From positions 36,048,103 through 36,112,102 of the forward strand of contig CM074519.1 in NCBI GenBank assembly GCA_037379345.1: a stretch of DNA of 64,000 nt, given 5' to 3'. Position numbers and translations under genes: made by a program. This document shows positions 15,491 through 29,406 of this stretch, in pieces. Within the stretch, counting starts at the first letter, position 1, and each line of letters starts with the position of its first letter. The notes below the pieces were generated by a model. The model saw only the letters and a program-made list of their open reading frames with translations. It did no database searches and had not been told where the DNA came from. This DNA is from Perna viridis (taxonomy: Eukaryota).

Positions 15491-17603
15491 TATCTTCTTA
15501 CCTGTAGAGTAACCAAATGGGAAAGGTTTCACTGGTTATTGAGCATAACTACAATGTTCATGTAGCCTTAATCATTACAGTTTAAAACAAAGGGAACTTT
15601 TATAAATTTGACTTCATAATAGTATTAGAACTATTTACATTTATACTTAAATTCCTTTCCATTATCACTGCCAGGTAGTTGAAGATAACTTTCACTTTTC
15701 ACAATCAATGTTTTTACCTGAAGTATAGATATTCATAGCCATTCGTGGTCATTAGGAAAAGATTTCACTGGGTTATAATAGCTCTTAATCTGTTAAATAT
15801 CAGAACTATTGAAAATTTCTGTCTTTTTGTCTGCATACCAAGGATTCTGCAATTGAAAGGATCCATGATATCGAATTATTTCATGCTGATTATTATGGTA
15901 AATCAATCATTATAACTCATAATTCTCAAAAAGATTGTGTTAAGTAACAGACTCTGAAGGATAAGTTGGCAACATGATTAAATATGATTTTTTTATAGGA
16001 AAGTTAATCTTTAATAATATACATGTACAGATGGTGTATTTAAAGAAAAAAGTAGTAGTACCACAGATATAAACTAGGGCGTTGACAAGACAACACCTTG
16101 AACACCACAATTAACAAGTGAAAAACAGAAGCTGCAACACAAAGGAACCAAGAAGTACACACAGAAAAAAAAACAGCACACACTTACACATGTAGTCTAG
16201 ACCTTATATTGAAGTTCTGGATTAGTACATGTATGATATTAAATAGGATAATAAATAACATGATGTTCTTTATATATATACTAAAAAATATAAAAAAAAT
16301 TAATATACAATGATCTTTATAAGTGATATTTTACTGATAACCTTTCTGGTAATATTCTACCTTTCTGTTTATCTTATGGTGCAGTAATAATCAAGATTAT
16401 GTGCATTTAAAATACATGTGTAAAACAATATTGATTTGCCAACAGTTTTACACAAATAAACCAAGAACCATTAAAAAAAAACCTGTAATATTGCTTCAAG
16501 TTTGGTAATTGTTTTCTCTTTGCACAACATACATGTAGTTGTAGTTACAGCTATATGCTGTTCCACATGTGGTTCTTGTACATGCATTTGTATGTCAACA
16601 ATTTGTATTTACAACATATGATGTGTATTCTGTATACATTGACATGTAAAAGGAAATTAACCCTGTGTGTATTGTAGACTGTAATTAAATTGGTTCAATC
16701 CATTTATATTTCACTGCTTGTGGCCTAACTTTAAATGACCAAACATGTAGTCATTTAATGACAGTGTCATTAATTTTCTTCAGTTTTACATTATTTATAC
16801 TGGTAATAGGTTTATGTGCCTGCAGACTTTAATTAATCAGAAGTGGGTATGCAAATAAAATTTTTGGCTCTGAGAATATTTAGTTCTTAAAAGGTACCCA
16901 ACAGCAGACAAAAATTATACAAGTCTTGATTTTTTGTCTACATAGTTCATTTCATAGCTGGATACTTCTTCTTGTGTATGGAAAACTTGTCATAATTATC
17001 CAAGTTGTAAATAGCTAATGTTACTGTACATGGAAAGGAATCCTAACTAACAAATTTCTCCTGACCACAATAAAGTTTGACTTCCTGTAATCCACTTACA
17101 ACAAGGACTTGGGTGAATGTGTACATGTAACTAATTCTACTGAACTATTTGGATGATATTACAGGGAACCCTATTTAGACAACTTCATGAGTGAAAAGTT
17201 CACTAAAATTACCTTATCTGGTGGGTTTCCTGTTTGAGTGGTTTTTGGTGAACCACAAATTATGAATTCTCAACACAATATAAAATTTTCATTGAATACT
17301 TAAAATATGCCAAGAAAACTTTTTCAAAGAACTGATCAATGACAGACAATCAAAAAGTAGATACTTGAATATAAAAGTTCCTTCATGGTATACATGTAAC
17401 ATTTTAATTTCTGATACAACAATCTTACATAATACATGTACCATATATACTGTAAATAATATTACTTATTTTCTCTATTATTTTCACAGTGCACAGGAAA
17501 GCATGAAAAGTAGTACCAGTGAAATGGATTTTTTACACTATTTAACACTTATCAGTTTTTGAAACCAAGAAAATGTTTATGTGACATTATCTGTGAAAAT
17601 TAA

Positions 17604-17993
<390 letters not shown>

Positions 17994-18378
17994 GCTAGTT
18001 TTAATGGAGTCAGGGTTGCTCATTTACTTTTTTATTGTTTGTTTTCCCTGTCTTGCCTTTATTGACAGAATTTATTCTGTTGATTTCCACTGGAATCTTA
18101 GTTCTCTTGGTTACTCTTCAACACAGTTGATTTAACTAATATGAGAAAGACACTGCCTGAAACTAAAAAAAAATGTTGTCTTACTTTTGTCATGTGACCA
18201 ACAAAATTTTTCATGATTTCCATTCTTTTGTATCAGTTTTCTGGAAGGTAATTTTCTAAAATGCTTTCAGTGGTCAACATTTTAGTCTAGAAATCGACAT
18301 TTTTTATAATCAGTTATGTACAGGTTTGTTTGTTATGTCCATATTTTGTTCAATTGATTTGTTTATTTCAATTTATAG

Positions 18379-18445
18379 GGAACTAACATTGCCGCTGGAA
18401 AATGTCGAGGTATTGTTATTGGAACTGGACTCAACACCGAAATTG
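18379..18445 (+). CDS. ATP2A: SERCA exon 8 (GTNIAAGKCRGIVIGTGLNTEI)
   Basis: tttatag| ... |gtaagt, 67 nt. Confidence 0.95.
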
Positions 18446-20325
18446 GTAAGTCTGTGTGCTGTAGCTAAGGACTGTTTTGCTCTCTGTATAAAACGTATGA
18501 ATTCCTTTGGTGGCAATTTATTTCTTGTTTTTGTTGTTATAACATCTCTACATGTATCAAACTGATGATTTAACAAAGCGTGAATTAATGCGTTGGTAAG
18601 CTGTTAGAGGTTATACATAACTTTACAGGAAATAAGAGAAAAGATATGGTCTTATCTATCAACTGATAGCTGAACAAATTACACAATCATTGAATTGAAT
18701 ATAAATAGAAACACAGTGTAACCTAACAAGCCCATACTGGAGAAACTCAGAAAAAAATGTATGTACTGATGATGAGTTACTTCTTGACTCAACAGCTGAT
18801 TTCACTTAGTTAATATTACATAATTATGCAATGATAATGGAAAAATAGTGATATGTGAAGCAAGCATTTATCAAAAACCTCGAGAGACAGATAAAAAATA
18901 TGATGTCTTAATGTAACTTCCTGCTGATGATAAAACAAATTACTACAATTACCCTATTGAATTCGCATTAAGTTCATAACTGATATAAAAAAGAAATAAA
19001 GAGATGTAAATGAAAATACCTATATCTACTTTTAAATCTATCTGGAAATGAGTTCTCTTTATGAATCTGGTTTTAGTTGTTGGTTAAGTAAGACTGCTGT
19101 ATATTGATGTACATGTATGTACATGGTAGAGCTTTCTTGAAAATTTTTGTCTAGAATTGGGAATGACTTGTGTATTTGTTAGATACTTAATTTATGACTG
19201 ATGTGAAGGGGAGATACATTGTATACAGATTTTTTACTTTGTGACTTTTTTTTTCATAACTTTGACTATCTGTGGATGAGGGTGCTTTAAATAGGATAAC
19301 AATTTACAATAGTGTTCTGTGTTAGCACTAACAGAAGTTTTGCGCTAAACATGCTATACTGATTACAGTAGCAGAAAAAAAATTGTGTGGCTTATATCCT
19401 ATACTTTAGATTGGGACTTTCTTAGACTTGATTAGGTGCATCTGGTCTAAATTAGCATTTGGCAATGTGGGTACTTTATAGTACAAACTCTGGGTTTAAC
19501 ATTTCTATAGAAAGAATATAAGAAATAAGAAGTTCTACCATTTTCTAAGTATGTGGTTATAAAACTGGCAAATTTACATGAACTTAAAGTAATTTCCTTA
19601 GGTTATATTGAAAGGTAAATTAATTTAAAGATATTCCTTCAAGGTTTCATTAACATGGCAGAAAATAGCTGTATGTTTCTGATGATGCCAAATTAGATAC
19701 TCAGTTGGCAAACTTGTTCAACATTAATAGAAATAGGCAGTATCACAGAAAAGTCCTGAAGACATTAAATTTATACTGCCAGTCTATAAAATTAGGAACT
19801 GCGTAGATCAGGATGGTCTGATGATTAAATATTGAGAAGGCAAATTGTATGAACATAAATAGCAAATAGCTAACAAGATTTTGACATTTGAGCCAAGGAA
19901 TCTCCTCTATAGATAAGGAAAAAAAAGATAATATTGTTTAATTAATCGCTAATTAACATTCAGCACATGGCTTGGGTACTGTTCCAGATGTAGACTTGCG
20001 TCACAGTGATACAGTATACTGCAGATTGTGCACTAATCATGCATCTCCTGTCTAAACACACAGCATCAGGAGAATGACCTTGGGTGCAGCCATTAGTGAC
20101 TTATAATCTATTGATGATCTAAAGAAGATCACATTATTGGCCTAAGTCTCCTTTCTTGATGTTACAGTGCTGAAAAGATATTTCTTTAGCTTATAAGTTG
20201 TTATGAAATGAAATAAGACCAGCTTATCTGTCTTTCTTGTTAATATGCACAAACATTTTTTAGTGCAAAAGGTTCATTGTTTGTAATACCACTCTATGAT
20301 GTTGAGAAGACTAATGTGAAATGTC

Positions 20326-20574
20326 ATTAAATTCATACATGTACTTACTTTAAAACTTTACATTAATGTAATCAAAATGTTCTTCTTGATTAAAATCATA
20401 CATGTACTTACTTTAAAACCTTACATTAATGTAATCAAAATGTTCTTCTTGATTAAAATCATACATGTACTTACTTTAAAACCTTACATTAATGTAATCA
20501 AAATATTCTTCTTGATTAAATTCATACATGTACTTACTTTAAAAATTTACTTTATTAATGTGTAATCAAAATGT
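20326..20574. repeat. 63-bp minisatellite, about 3.8 copies
   Basis: Unit attaaa.tcatacatgtacttactttaaaaccttacattaatgtaatcaaaatgttcttcttg. Confidence 0.92.
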
Positions 20575-21298
20575 TAATGATGTTAAAAGATATTTATTCT
20601 CTTGAAGCTTTGGTTTGCTTGTTTCATCATTAGTATTGGCATCTGCCCCACTATTGGACGTATCAGATTGGCCTTGTACAAAAATAGTTGAAAAATTCTA
20701 AAGCTTAAATTATAACTTCACCAATTTTTTCATCAAATAGTGCAAGATATTTTGTGCAAATATGACATATATTTTGGATTTATGGATGCAAATCTATTGG
20801 AGTGTGATAATAACATTCAAAATAGTGTTTGCATAAAATGAAAAAAAGAATATCATTAGAGTGTAGAACTTGTGAATTTGAAATATACATTTAGTTTTTT
20901 ATCTTTAAAATCTAGTAAAACCCATAAATGAATGACTATTACTAAAAAGACTTTGAATATAGATTTGATATTTAACATCTTAAGCAAGAATGAAAACATA
21001 CATGTTTAGGCATCATATTGTGTTTAAGTATTACATGTATTTTAATGAAACTTGGTGCTCATGTACCCTGTGATACAAATTTGAAAAAAAATATGTAATG
21101 TGTTGAGACTGATGACACACTTTTTTGTTACTTTATGTAAATGAATTTAACATATGCATTTAGCTACATAGGCATACTTAAAGATTATGATTCAGCATTT
21201 ACTTTAGACAAGAAGAATTGAAATTATTGGCAATGTTCTCTTAGCAGTGAAAATTATAGAGCAGCCCTGTATATCTATTACTCCTAAAACAAATTGTT

Positions 21299-21478
21299 TT
21301 AGGCCAAAAAGATAATAGTCTTGTTTCCTGCTACCAGCAAGAAAAACATAGGGTAGATAGGGAAATTATTTTATTTTTCAAAAACCTAATGATGAAAATA
21401 TCAAGACTTAACAATGTCCATTAAATGTTTAGAGTAGATAGGGTAACAGGAAACAGACATAATTTTTTTTTTGCCTAA
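21299..21478. mobile_element. Small TIR element (TTAGGC...GCCTAA)
   Basis: About 37-bp imperfect TIRs containing TGTTTCCTG.TACC. Confidence 0.65.
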
Positions 21479-22845
21479 TGTTTGTATTGTTTGCCTTACT
21501 CATAATATTTTGTGCTAAATTTAGCTTCAATGGAAAATTAAACATTGGCAATGGAAAACATAAAAGAATTCCTTCTTTGAACAAGTAATAATTTACTGAA
21601 GCCTTCTAACTTGAAGTCATCTATGTGGAAATGAGTTAATTTCGTTGCATAATAAAATAATTACGACTTCAGGCAACTTGGTTCAATTAGATGCATACAT
21701 TTAATCAGAGAATGTCTTTTACTGTATGTTTTGGCACATGGCATGAAGGCAGGAATCTAATTAAATCTTTGTTAAATATAGCACTTTCATCTAAGTAATG
21801 ATAGGACTTATTATCCTTATCTTTCCTCATTAAATTTTTCCTTATGTCCTATATTTATATCCATCTCTCCTGTCTTTGTAATGTGCCAATAACTTTTTCA
21901 GATATTTGTCTGAATCATGAATTTCAACAACTTTCCTTTAAAGGTATGCAAATTGAAACTGAATTTCTACTTTCCACTAGACTCAGGCATGATGCTAGTG
22001 GTGACAGGCAGTCATTATGAAATAACAACTGACAGACATGTCAGACAAATGTTTTGGAAGTTTTTATCTGCTTATGTACAATGTACGAGAAAATGGTCAA
22101 ATCTGAGTTTCTGTCAGTAGGAAATTTTTTAGGTTAAGATTGGAAAGACCGACTGTGTCATAGCAAGCCCTTTTCAGGAATTAGATTCAATTAAAGAATG
22201 TCTGCTACTTACCAAAACCAAAGATTATATGGCATGAAGGCAGGAATCTAAAAATATAGCTTTTTCTTCTATAAATGTTTATATACATGTATATGTCAGT
22301 AATCAGTTTGTCATTGAATTGTCTGGGGACTGAACCAGTGTAAGTAGCTATGTATATAGACTTAGGTTTCTAAGATTTTATGTTCTCTAAGACTCATATG
22401 AGATTTCATAACTCTTCTCAGATCCATTCATCTTTGATGATCTCACAGTTGATGACCTTCTTTGCCTATGTTGCGCCTTGATGTTCATAACCTGGATTTT
22501 GTAGACATGTAGGATAATAGTATGGAGTTTAAACTTAGTCAACTAATAAAAATTTTCTTACTGTGGAAGAAACTCACCTACAGAGTATAAATACAGTAAT
22601 TCATTGGTATGCTACTTAATTTATACTACCATTATATTTCTAACGAATATTGCCATTGTCATAATCTTGTGATTATGCTATCTGGTAATATGTCTTTCTG
22701 TTGTATTCTTCTGCAGTTTCTTTACCTACATAAATTGAACTTAAGCAAAACGCTGCACTTGATAAGTTATTCCTGTAGAAACAGTTCTGCTCAAGTCTTC
22801 TATTTATGACATGTGTTTCTGCTGTGTTTTATTACATTACCTTTG

Positions 22846-22935
22846 TATTTCAGTAATTAGGATATTTCCATATCTTCTGAATGTCTTTTTTTCTATTTCA
22901 GTAATTAGGATATTTCCATATCTTCTGAATGTCTT
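22846..22935. repeat. Direct duplication with 48-bp period, 2 copies
   Basis: tatttcagtaattaggatatttccatatcttctgaatgtctt occurs twice. Confidence 0.9.
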
Positions 22936-24715
22936 ATTCTGATATTGTTTTGTGTCTTTTTGATCTTACACTATGCAGATTATTTATGCCTTTACAATTT
23001 TTGGACTTTCATCCCTTGAATCATCTATTGAAATATGCTCTCGACACTTATCTTTATGAAGAGTTAAATTAGCTTTTTGCTGGTTACATCAAAATATCTT
23101 TGGTTACAATTCTGTAGCAAATATCTGTACCAGTATTTAATTTTCATATTACTTCCTATCTTTCAAGATTACATGAGAAAAAAATTGCTTTCTCTGTTGG
23201 AAAAAATCAGCATTGAATAAAATGGAAGTCTTGAATTAATATTGATAAAATGACTACCTAGTAAAATGTTTTGCTTTAGTAATTTCTGAGCTTCTGTGTG
23301 TGCTTTTTAAGTACATGGTAAATGGACAGATATTGTGAAGCATCACAAATGCACTGTGTGTAATATAAATCCAAAATAGTAAATACTTTCAGAAATCACC
23401 CTCATAGACACAGATCTCAGAATGACTATGGTTTTCACTGAGTTCCTGTTCATTTTATGAGTTATTTAGGTCATGAAGCATCTTTTCTTTAGTATAAATT
23501 CTTAGAGTTTATTTCTGACAGCTAATATAACTTCCCTGCCAACATCTTAGTATATATACATTGTATAAGTTAAATTCCTCAAGGATTTCTGATGATACTG
23601 AATCTTCACAAGCTGACAGACAAGTTAAACCTGGGATTAGGAAGGTCTTTAAGTGATGGATGGTTCCTTTGGATGTTAGCAGCTAAAGCAGATCTTTGGA
23701 TCACACCAGTAATCATAGATACATATTAATTGATTGGCCTTAACAAGAATATGGAATCTTGGGTACAAAAAGGGTTGAGAATAAGAATTATTAAGGAAAT
23801 TCAGAGATCATCATCACATTTTCAAATAAAAACAAAACAATCAAAATATCATTGAACATATAATTCTATATATTCTGTAATTGGCAGGCAGGCAGTATCT
23901 AACCTGTCACTGGCATCCTTTTGATCTTCAGTGAATCTGTAATAATCAAATCCAAGATAGAATTTCTATGCTTGTTAATTTGAAAGCCTGAAACCAAGGT
24001 CTGTTTGATTACCCTTAATTTCCTATCAATAAAAACTAATCATCAGACTGAGAGAACTCACAAGAAGGTCATGAGAATACAGAGTTTACAGGGATGTAAT
24101 GTTTGTTTGGTTATGTTCAACCATAACAAAGTAAATACTGAACAGAAGGTTCAGACATATGGTAGGGATCATAGTGACTTGGGAGATTCTAATGTCTTCT
24201 TGCTGTCCATGTTTTGACTATTGGTCATACCCTGCAGTGTATTAGATAATGATTTATTTCTTTGATGTCAGTTGTTGGTTTCCTGTGTTTGTTTTACACT
24301 TAAATTGTACCCTCTATTAGCCAAAAGGAGAAATTTGCTGACTCAGCTGAATATGAGAGGGAAGTTGTGAGGACATAAAAACTTGCACAAAGATAAAATT
24401 TTAAATTGAAAGTAACTTTAAGGAGTCCATACTCCCAGTTTTTCGTTCAATGTTTAACTATAGTGTGTATTCATTTTGTTTATGTGTTTAAGTTATAGTC
24501 TTATGTCTATTTTTTGGGGGGTATAGTCTTGATCCCTGTATCATGAATATCCTGTTTCTCAATCCATAAAACCACAAACCTTAGGAACAGGATATTCATG
24601 GTACTAGTACAGACATTAGACCCAAAAAAGATAGAAAAAAAGACCATAATTTAAACAAATAAACAAAAAGAATACACACTGAAGTTAAACATTGAATGAG
24701 CAACCTTGACCACCA

Positions 24716-24844
24716 AAAGCTAGGAGTATGGACCAAGTACACTGGAAAGTTAGGAGTATGGACCAAGTACACTGGAAAGTTAGGAGTATGGACCAAGTAC
24801 ACTGGAAAGCTAGGAGTATGGACCAAGTACACTGGAAAGTTAGT
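24716..24844. repeat. 30-bp minisatellite, about 4 copies, inside a decayed retroelement-end fragment
   Basis: Unit aaagYtaggagtatggaccaagtacactgg. Confidence 0.92.
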
Positions 24845-27520
24845 GTCTTCCCCTTTTGTAGGAATGCCAGCCAAGTTGTTCATATGATTTAAAATTTGGG
24901 TTATATATGTAACATACATGTAAGAGATAACTACATTGTAGGACATTGTGAACAAATCTGTGTAACAAGAATGATAACCTTATAGTATATGTTTCTGCAA
25001 ACAAGAAATTAAAACATGCTGTGAATGCTTCCATCTTTTTCTAGGGTGGTCAGAATATCTAAGAGCTCTGTGGAAACCTTTTTGCTATCTATTATTCATG
25101 GTATATCAGTTACTTACCTCCCTCTCTTTTTATTGATCCTCTGTGTCAGTTCTTATTGATATTATTTTGATTTATCTGGTCTTACAAATGTTTGTTTTCA
25201 TGTTATATGATTATACATAGGTTAAGAGTTTAGATGATACCTTGGTAGGCTGAAAGTTCATTTTATCTTATCTTGTAGCTTCATAGGTGGATTATTTTTT
25301 CAACAAACACCGATGGAACATAATGGTTGAACAGGACAATTACTATTTTTTGAGCGTTTTTCTTGATACTGTGAACTGTTTGAATTATCTTTAAATTATT
25401 ACTTCATGAAACTGAATGCTATACCATATGTAATTTGAGAGAAACTATGTTGATTTAGTTCTTTTGTACTCTGTGTGTATCTTTTTTAAACAGTTTGACT
25501 TATAGGAGAAAGCAAAAGTGTATACATAAGCCAAATGTTGACATCTATTTTTCATCAAAGTTGCTGCTCTCTATAATCTAACCTCTAACAATGCTAACAT
25601 TTTCGAATCTTCTTCATGAATGTTGAAAGACCCATTTCATCAGTTTAATTTCCAGCAGTCTACTGATGCTGGATATATTAGGTTATACCCAATCTTAGAA
25701 AATTGCCAGAGAATGGGATTTAAACAAATTAAGATTCTTTCTTTTCTGCCAACTTGTTGAGAGCTTATATCTAATTAATCATAAAAAATGAAATTCTAAT
25801 TCAGTCTTATTAATCTCGTGGCAAGCCAAATTTCTCCTTGCCTATCTTTATATTGACATTTGAAGGATAGAGTAGAGATTTTGATGAAAACATTAATATG
25901 CCTGGCCTTGAGATTGTAATTCTATAAACAGTCCTATTTTATGGCTTTCAAGAAAACTGAAGCACCTGCTGTAAGGCTATAATTTGTGTTTTTGATGAAA
26001 TAAAATTAACAATAAACAATGGGTAATTAGTTTGATGAAAGCAGAAATCAAGACAAATGAAACTGTAATAAAACCCAGAGACCTGGCAGGCTGCTGACAG
26101 AACTATTTCCAGTTTACTTTAGAGTTTTTCTATGATCAGTGATGTTTAGAATTCTAGAGTACACTTAAATCTTAAATCTCAAAAATAGGAAATTAGATTC
26201 AGGGTTAGATTTTGTTACAAAATTGAAGTAGGCTGTAAATACTTAGCCAAACATTGTAAACATTAATTCCTGTAATCCAAGAGTTTTGTAAACATATGAA
26301 GGAAGTGCCAGGTTAATACAGTTTATACCACAGTAAAATGGCTTTAACAGTTAATTACCAATCATTTGGTTAAAGTAGGGAAGTATTGTTATATAGTTTG
26401 AATGTTCTGGGTATTAGGTAGATCACTTTCTCCCAGATGAAGGTAAATGATTATAACTCTAAATGTAAGTCTGCCACATATAGCTGTGTTTTCATTGTCT
26501 CTCATTAATGGAAAACACCCACTGTAATGGAAGAAATAGTCAGTCTACAATAAATATAGAATAACAGCAATTGTTGAAGTGAAGACAGAGACTATCTTTT
26601 TGAGCTTGATAAGATGAGATGTGATGGTAGACCTAACTAAAGGAGACCTTCAAAGTACATTTGTAGGCACTGTTCTGTTCATCTGTGACAATCGATTTGA
26701 CACATTATTGTCATTGGAAATTGCAGGTATTTTTAGTATCATGGCAGTAGAATGAGATAAAAGAACTATCAGTCAGTAAGAACAATAGACAACCAGTGAA
26801 GGTGCTGATAATCTGAAATCTGGCTTGTGAAAGTAGTGTTTGGCATTGTAAAATTAACTCGCTACTGGTCAATAGTCACTTTATAAAAATCTTTGAAAAT
26901 GAATTTTGGTTTTTGAAGCAACTAGCAGTGATCATATGTATATAACTAATACAAGAACAACTGACATTCTCCCTCCCCAAAATTCTCCTCCAGGTGTTGA
27001 TTTGCAAGATCCTAAACAAATTCTTTAAAATTTAGGTCTCAACTATAATAGACTAGATACAGACTATCGGGACTATTTTTATGTCTGGCGATCATTCAAA
27101 AAAAGTTGGCCATTATTTGAACAGTAAGTGCTTCTGCCATGTAATGGTGAAAAAGGGGGGATGGGAAATTGTTAAAAATGGCTCAACTTGAAAACTGCAT
27201 TTTGGATTTTGCTGAAAATTGAACTTAACCTGTATTTCATAGTACTTAGCAACTGCAGAGTTTCAAAACGAATCTGAAAATTTGATTTCAAGTTTTCATC
27301 TGGAAACTGTCGAGGGACAGACAGACAACTAATTATTAAAATTAATGAAATTAATATATAGTGGCTGAGAATAGTTTTTGTCACAATTTGCAGACTCATG
27401 AATCTTATTGATGCAATTTTAAAGCATAATGATGAAGAGTTCAAACATCTATATTTTCTGAAAAATTTATCACAATCTCTAGGTTTATATTTTAAGACTT
27501 TTCAAGGATAGATATAACTC

Positions 27521-27634
27521 AATTTAGATACTTTTAATTTAAGATAATGGTGGTTGATAATTTAGATACTTTTAATTTAAGATAATGGTGGTTGATAATT
27601 TAGATATTTTTAATTTAAGATAATGGTGGTTGAT
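27521..27634. repeat. 38-bp minisatellite, 3 copies
   Basis: Unit aatttagatacttttaatttaagataatggtggttgat. Confidence 0.92.
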
Positions 27635-29317
27635 CATAAAGCTGTTAACAATCAATTAGTCTATAGACATAGGAAAAATAATGACTATACAGAACATAAT
27701 GGTCAGGTGTGGGAGGGTTTATTTCTGGTCTTTGTTGGTAACCAGTCTAAGGGATATTGAACTGAAGTTTGTCATTAGATTAGGCTAAATTATAGAGTAC
27801 ATGTTTTTAACAAAGAAAGTAATGGTTATTGGTAAATGGTGCTGTAGGAGTAAAAATGGATGTTAATATAGACAAGAGTGGGATGTGTTGTACTGAAAAT
27901 CTGCCCTATTGTTTACTTAGTTGCTAGTACCTGTTGATCAGTCACCTGTTTGTATCTGGTTCTGTGCTGTGTGGTACTTTGATATTTTTTTGGGGATATT
28001 TTGTATTAAATGTTGTGGTTATGTTTTATGAAAACTTATTTTAGCTTCCAAGAGTTTTTTTTTTTGCAGTGTCAGTTGTTGCTGTTGAAAACACTGGTAC
28101 AGTGGCAGGAAGCCATACAATGGGTCCTTTATCCTAGACATAGGCACCTCAAACAATAATAGTGTGCGTGGTAGTGGTAATACATGTAGTAGTTGCCCAA
28201 ATATTATCAACAGTATCATTTGCACTTCCTATTCTGTCCATTTCAGTTTATTTTCTGTCATAACATTGATACATTTTACCAGTTAACCATTTGTACCTTT
28301 ACTACTGGGTGCTATGACAGTGATACAGAAAAGAATCTTTGCACTTGTCTTGAGAGAATTTTTCATCATTGCTGTCCGAGTTAGACACAAACTATGTCTT
28401 TATGATAATGGGAGGTATACATGATTAACTTGTAGTTTTTAGGGTTAACTGACTCAAGTTTATTATTTATTTGCCATTAAAGGTTACCAAGTAATCATTA
28501 GATCACCATTTCATTTTTTTTTTCAATCCTTTGATTACTCTTTAACATGCTGAGTATTTCATTTGTCCTCGATAATGTTCTACAAAGCCGTCCTTTTTGA
28601 GTAAACTATGTATTAAATGAGCTATTTCACAGATTGATGGAAAACCAATAACATGTAATATGTTTTACTGCAGATATACATAATATTTATATTGAATAAT
28701 CAATATAACGAGTTTACAATTGCCAAAAATCATTTTGTTCAAAGACATAATCTTATTTTAGCATGCAATAAAGGTCATTGACTTAAATTTTGATGAGTAT
28801 TAGTTTTGCACCTGCAGTTTTGTCTCAAGCTTGTTAGCATCTATTCCTCTATTTGATATAGTCTGCTATAAAAAGTGGTCTGGTTTGTATGGGCTGGTTA
28901 AGCAACACCAGTTAGTTTAGTAAGTTTACTGAAATGTCACTTGTTGAAATTGATTGTTCAAGTGGCACAGACAATGCCATGATGCATGTATTATATAGAC
29001 TAGTCTATCCCTGAAAGAATCTTCAACTTTATAGATCTTATATTATCTTAGGCTTAAATCTTTGATGTCTAAGGTCTGTTATAGCAAAATAAGTTCTGGC
29101 TACATTCATATCTATAGTCGATTTCCCATCAAACATAACCTATTTTAAGCTTGCCTCCTGAGGATGCCCTTGAATTTCATTTTTTTGTATGATTTGATGA
29201 CTTAATGAGTTTCCAGACAACTGATCAATTATGTTAAGATTTATACTGTATGCTGTAACACATTAAGTGTTCATAATGACTAATATCATTTACAAAAAAA
29301 ATCAGAATTTGATGAGA

Positions 29318-29319
<2 letters not shown>

Positions 29320-29401
<82 letters not shown>
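29320..29401. repeat. (AT)n microsatellite, about 41 units
   Basis: Seen directly. Confidence 0.98.

Positions 29402-29406
<5 letters not shown>

Noticed and set aside
18765-18800. C box (ATGATGA) and CTGA suggesting an intronic snoRNA
   Set aside because: Spacing is too short, with no terminal stem or recognisable guide sequence.
21738-22251. 23-bp direct repeat (atggcatgaaggcaggaatctaa) about 490 bp apart, as a target-site duplication
   Set aside because: The enclosed sequence has no poly-A tail, TIRs or coding remnant; origin unresolved.
24596-24955. Repetitive ORFs (PVYLVHTP / KLGVWTKYTG)
   Set aside because: Translations of the 30-bp minisatellite; no splice or codon support.
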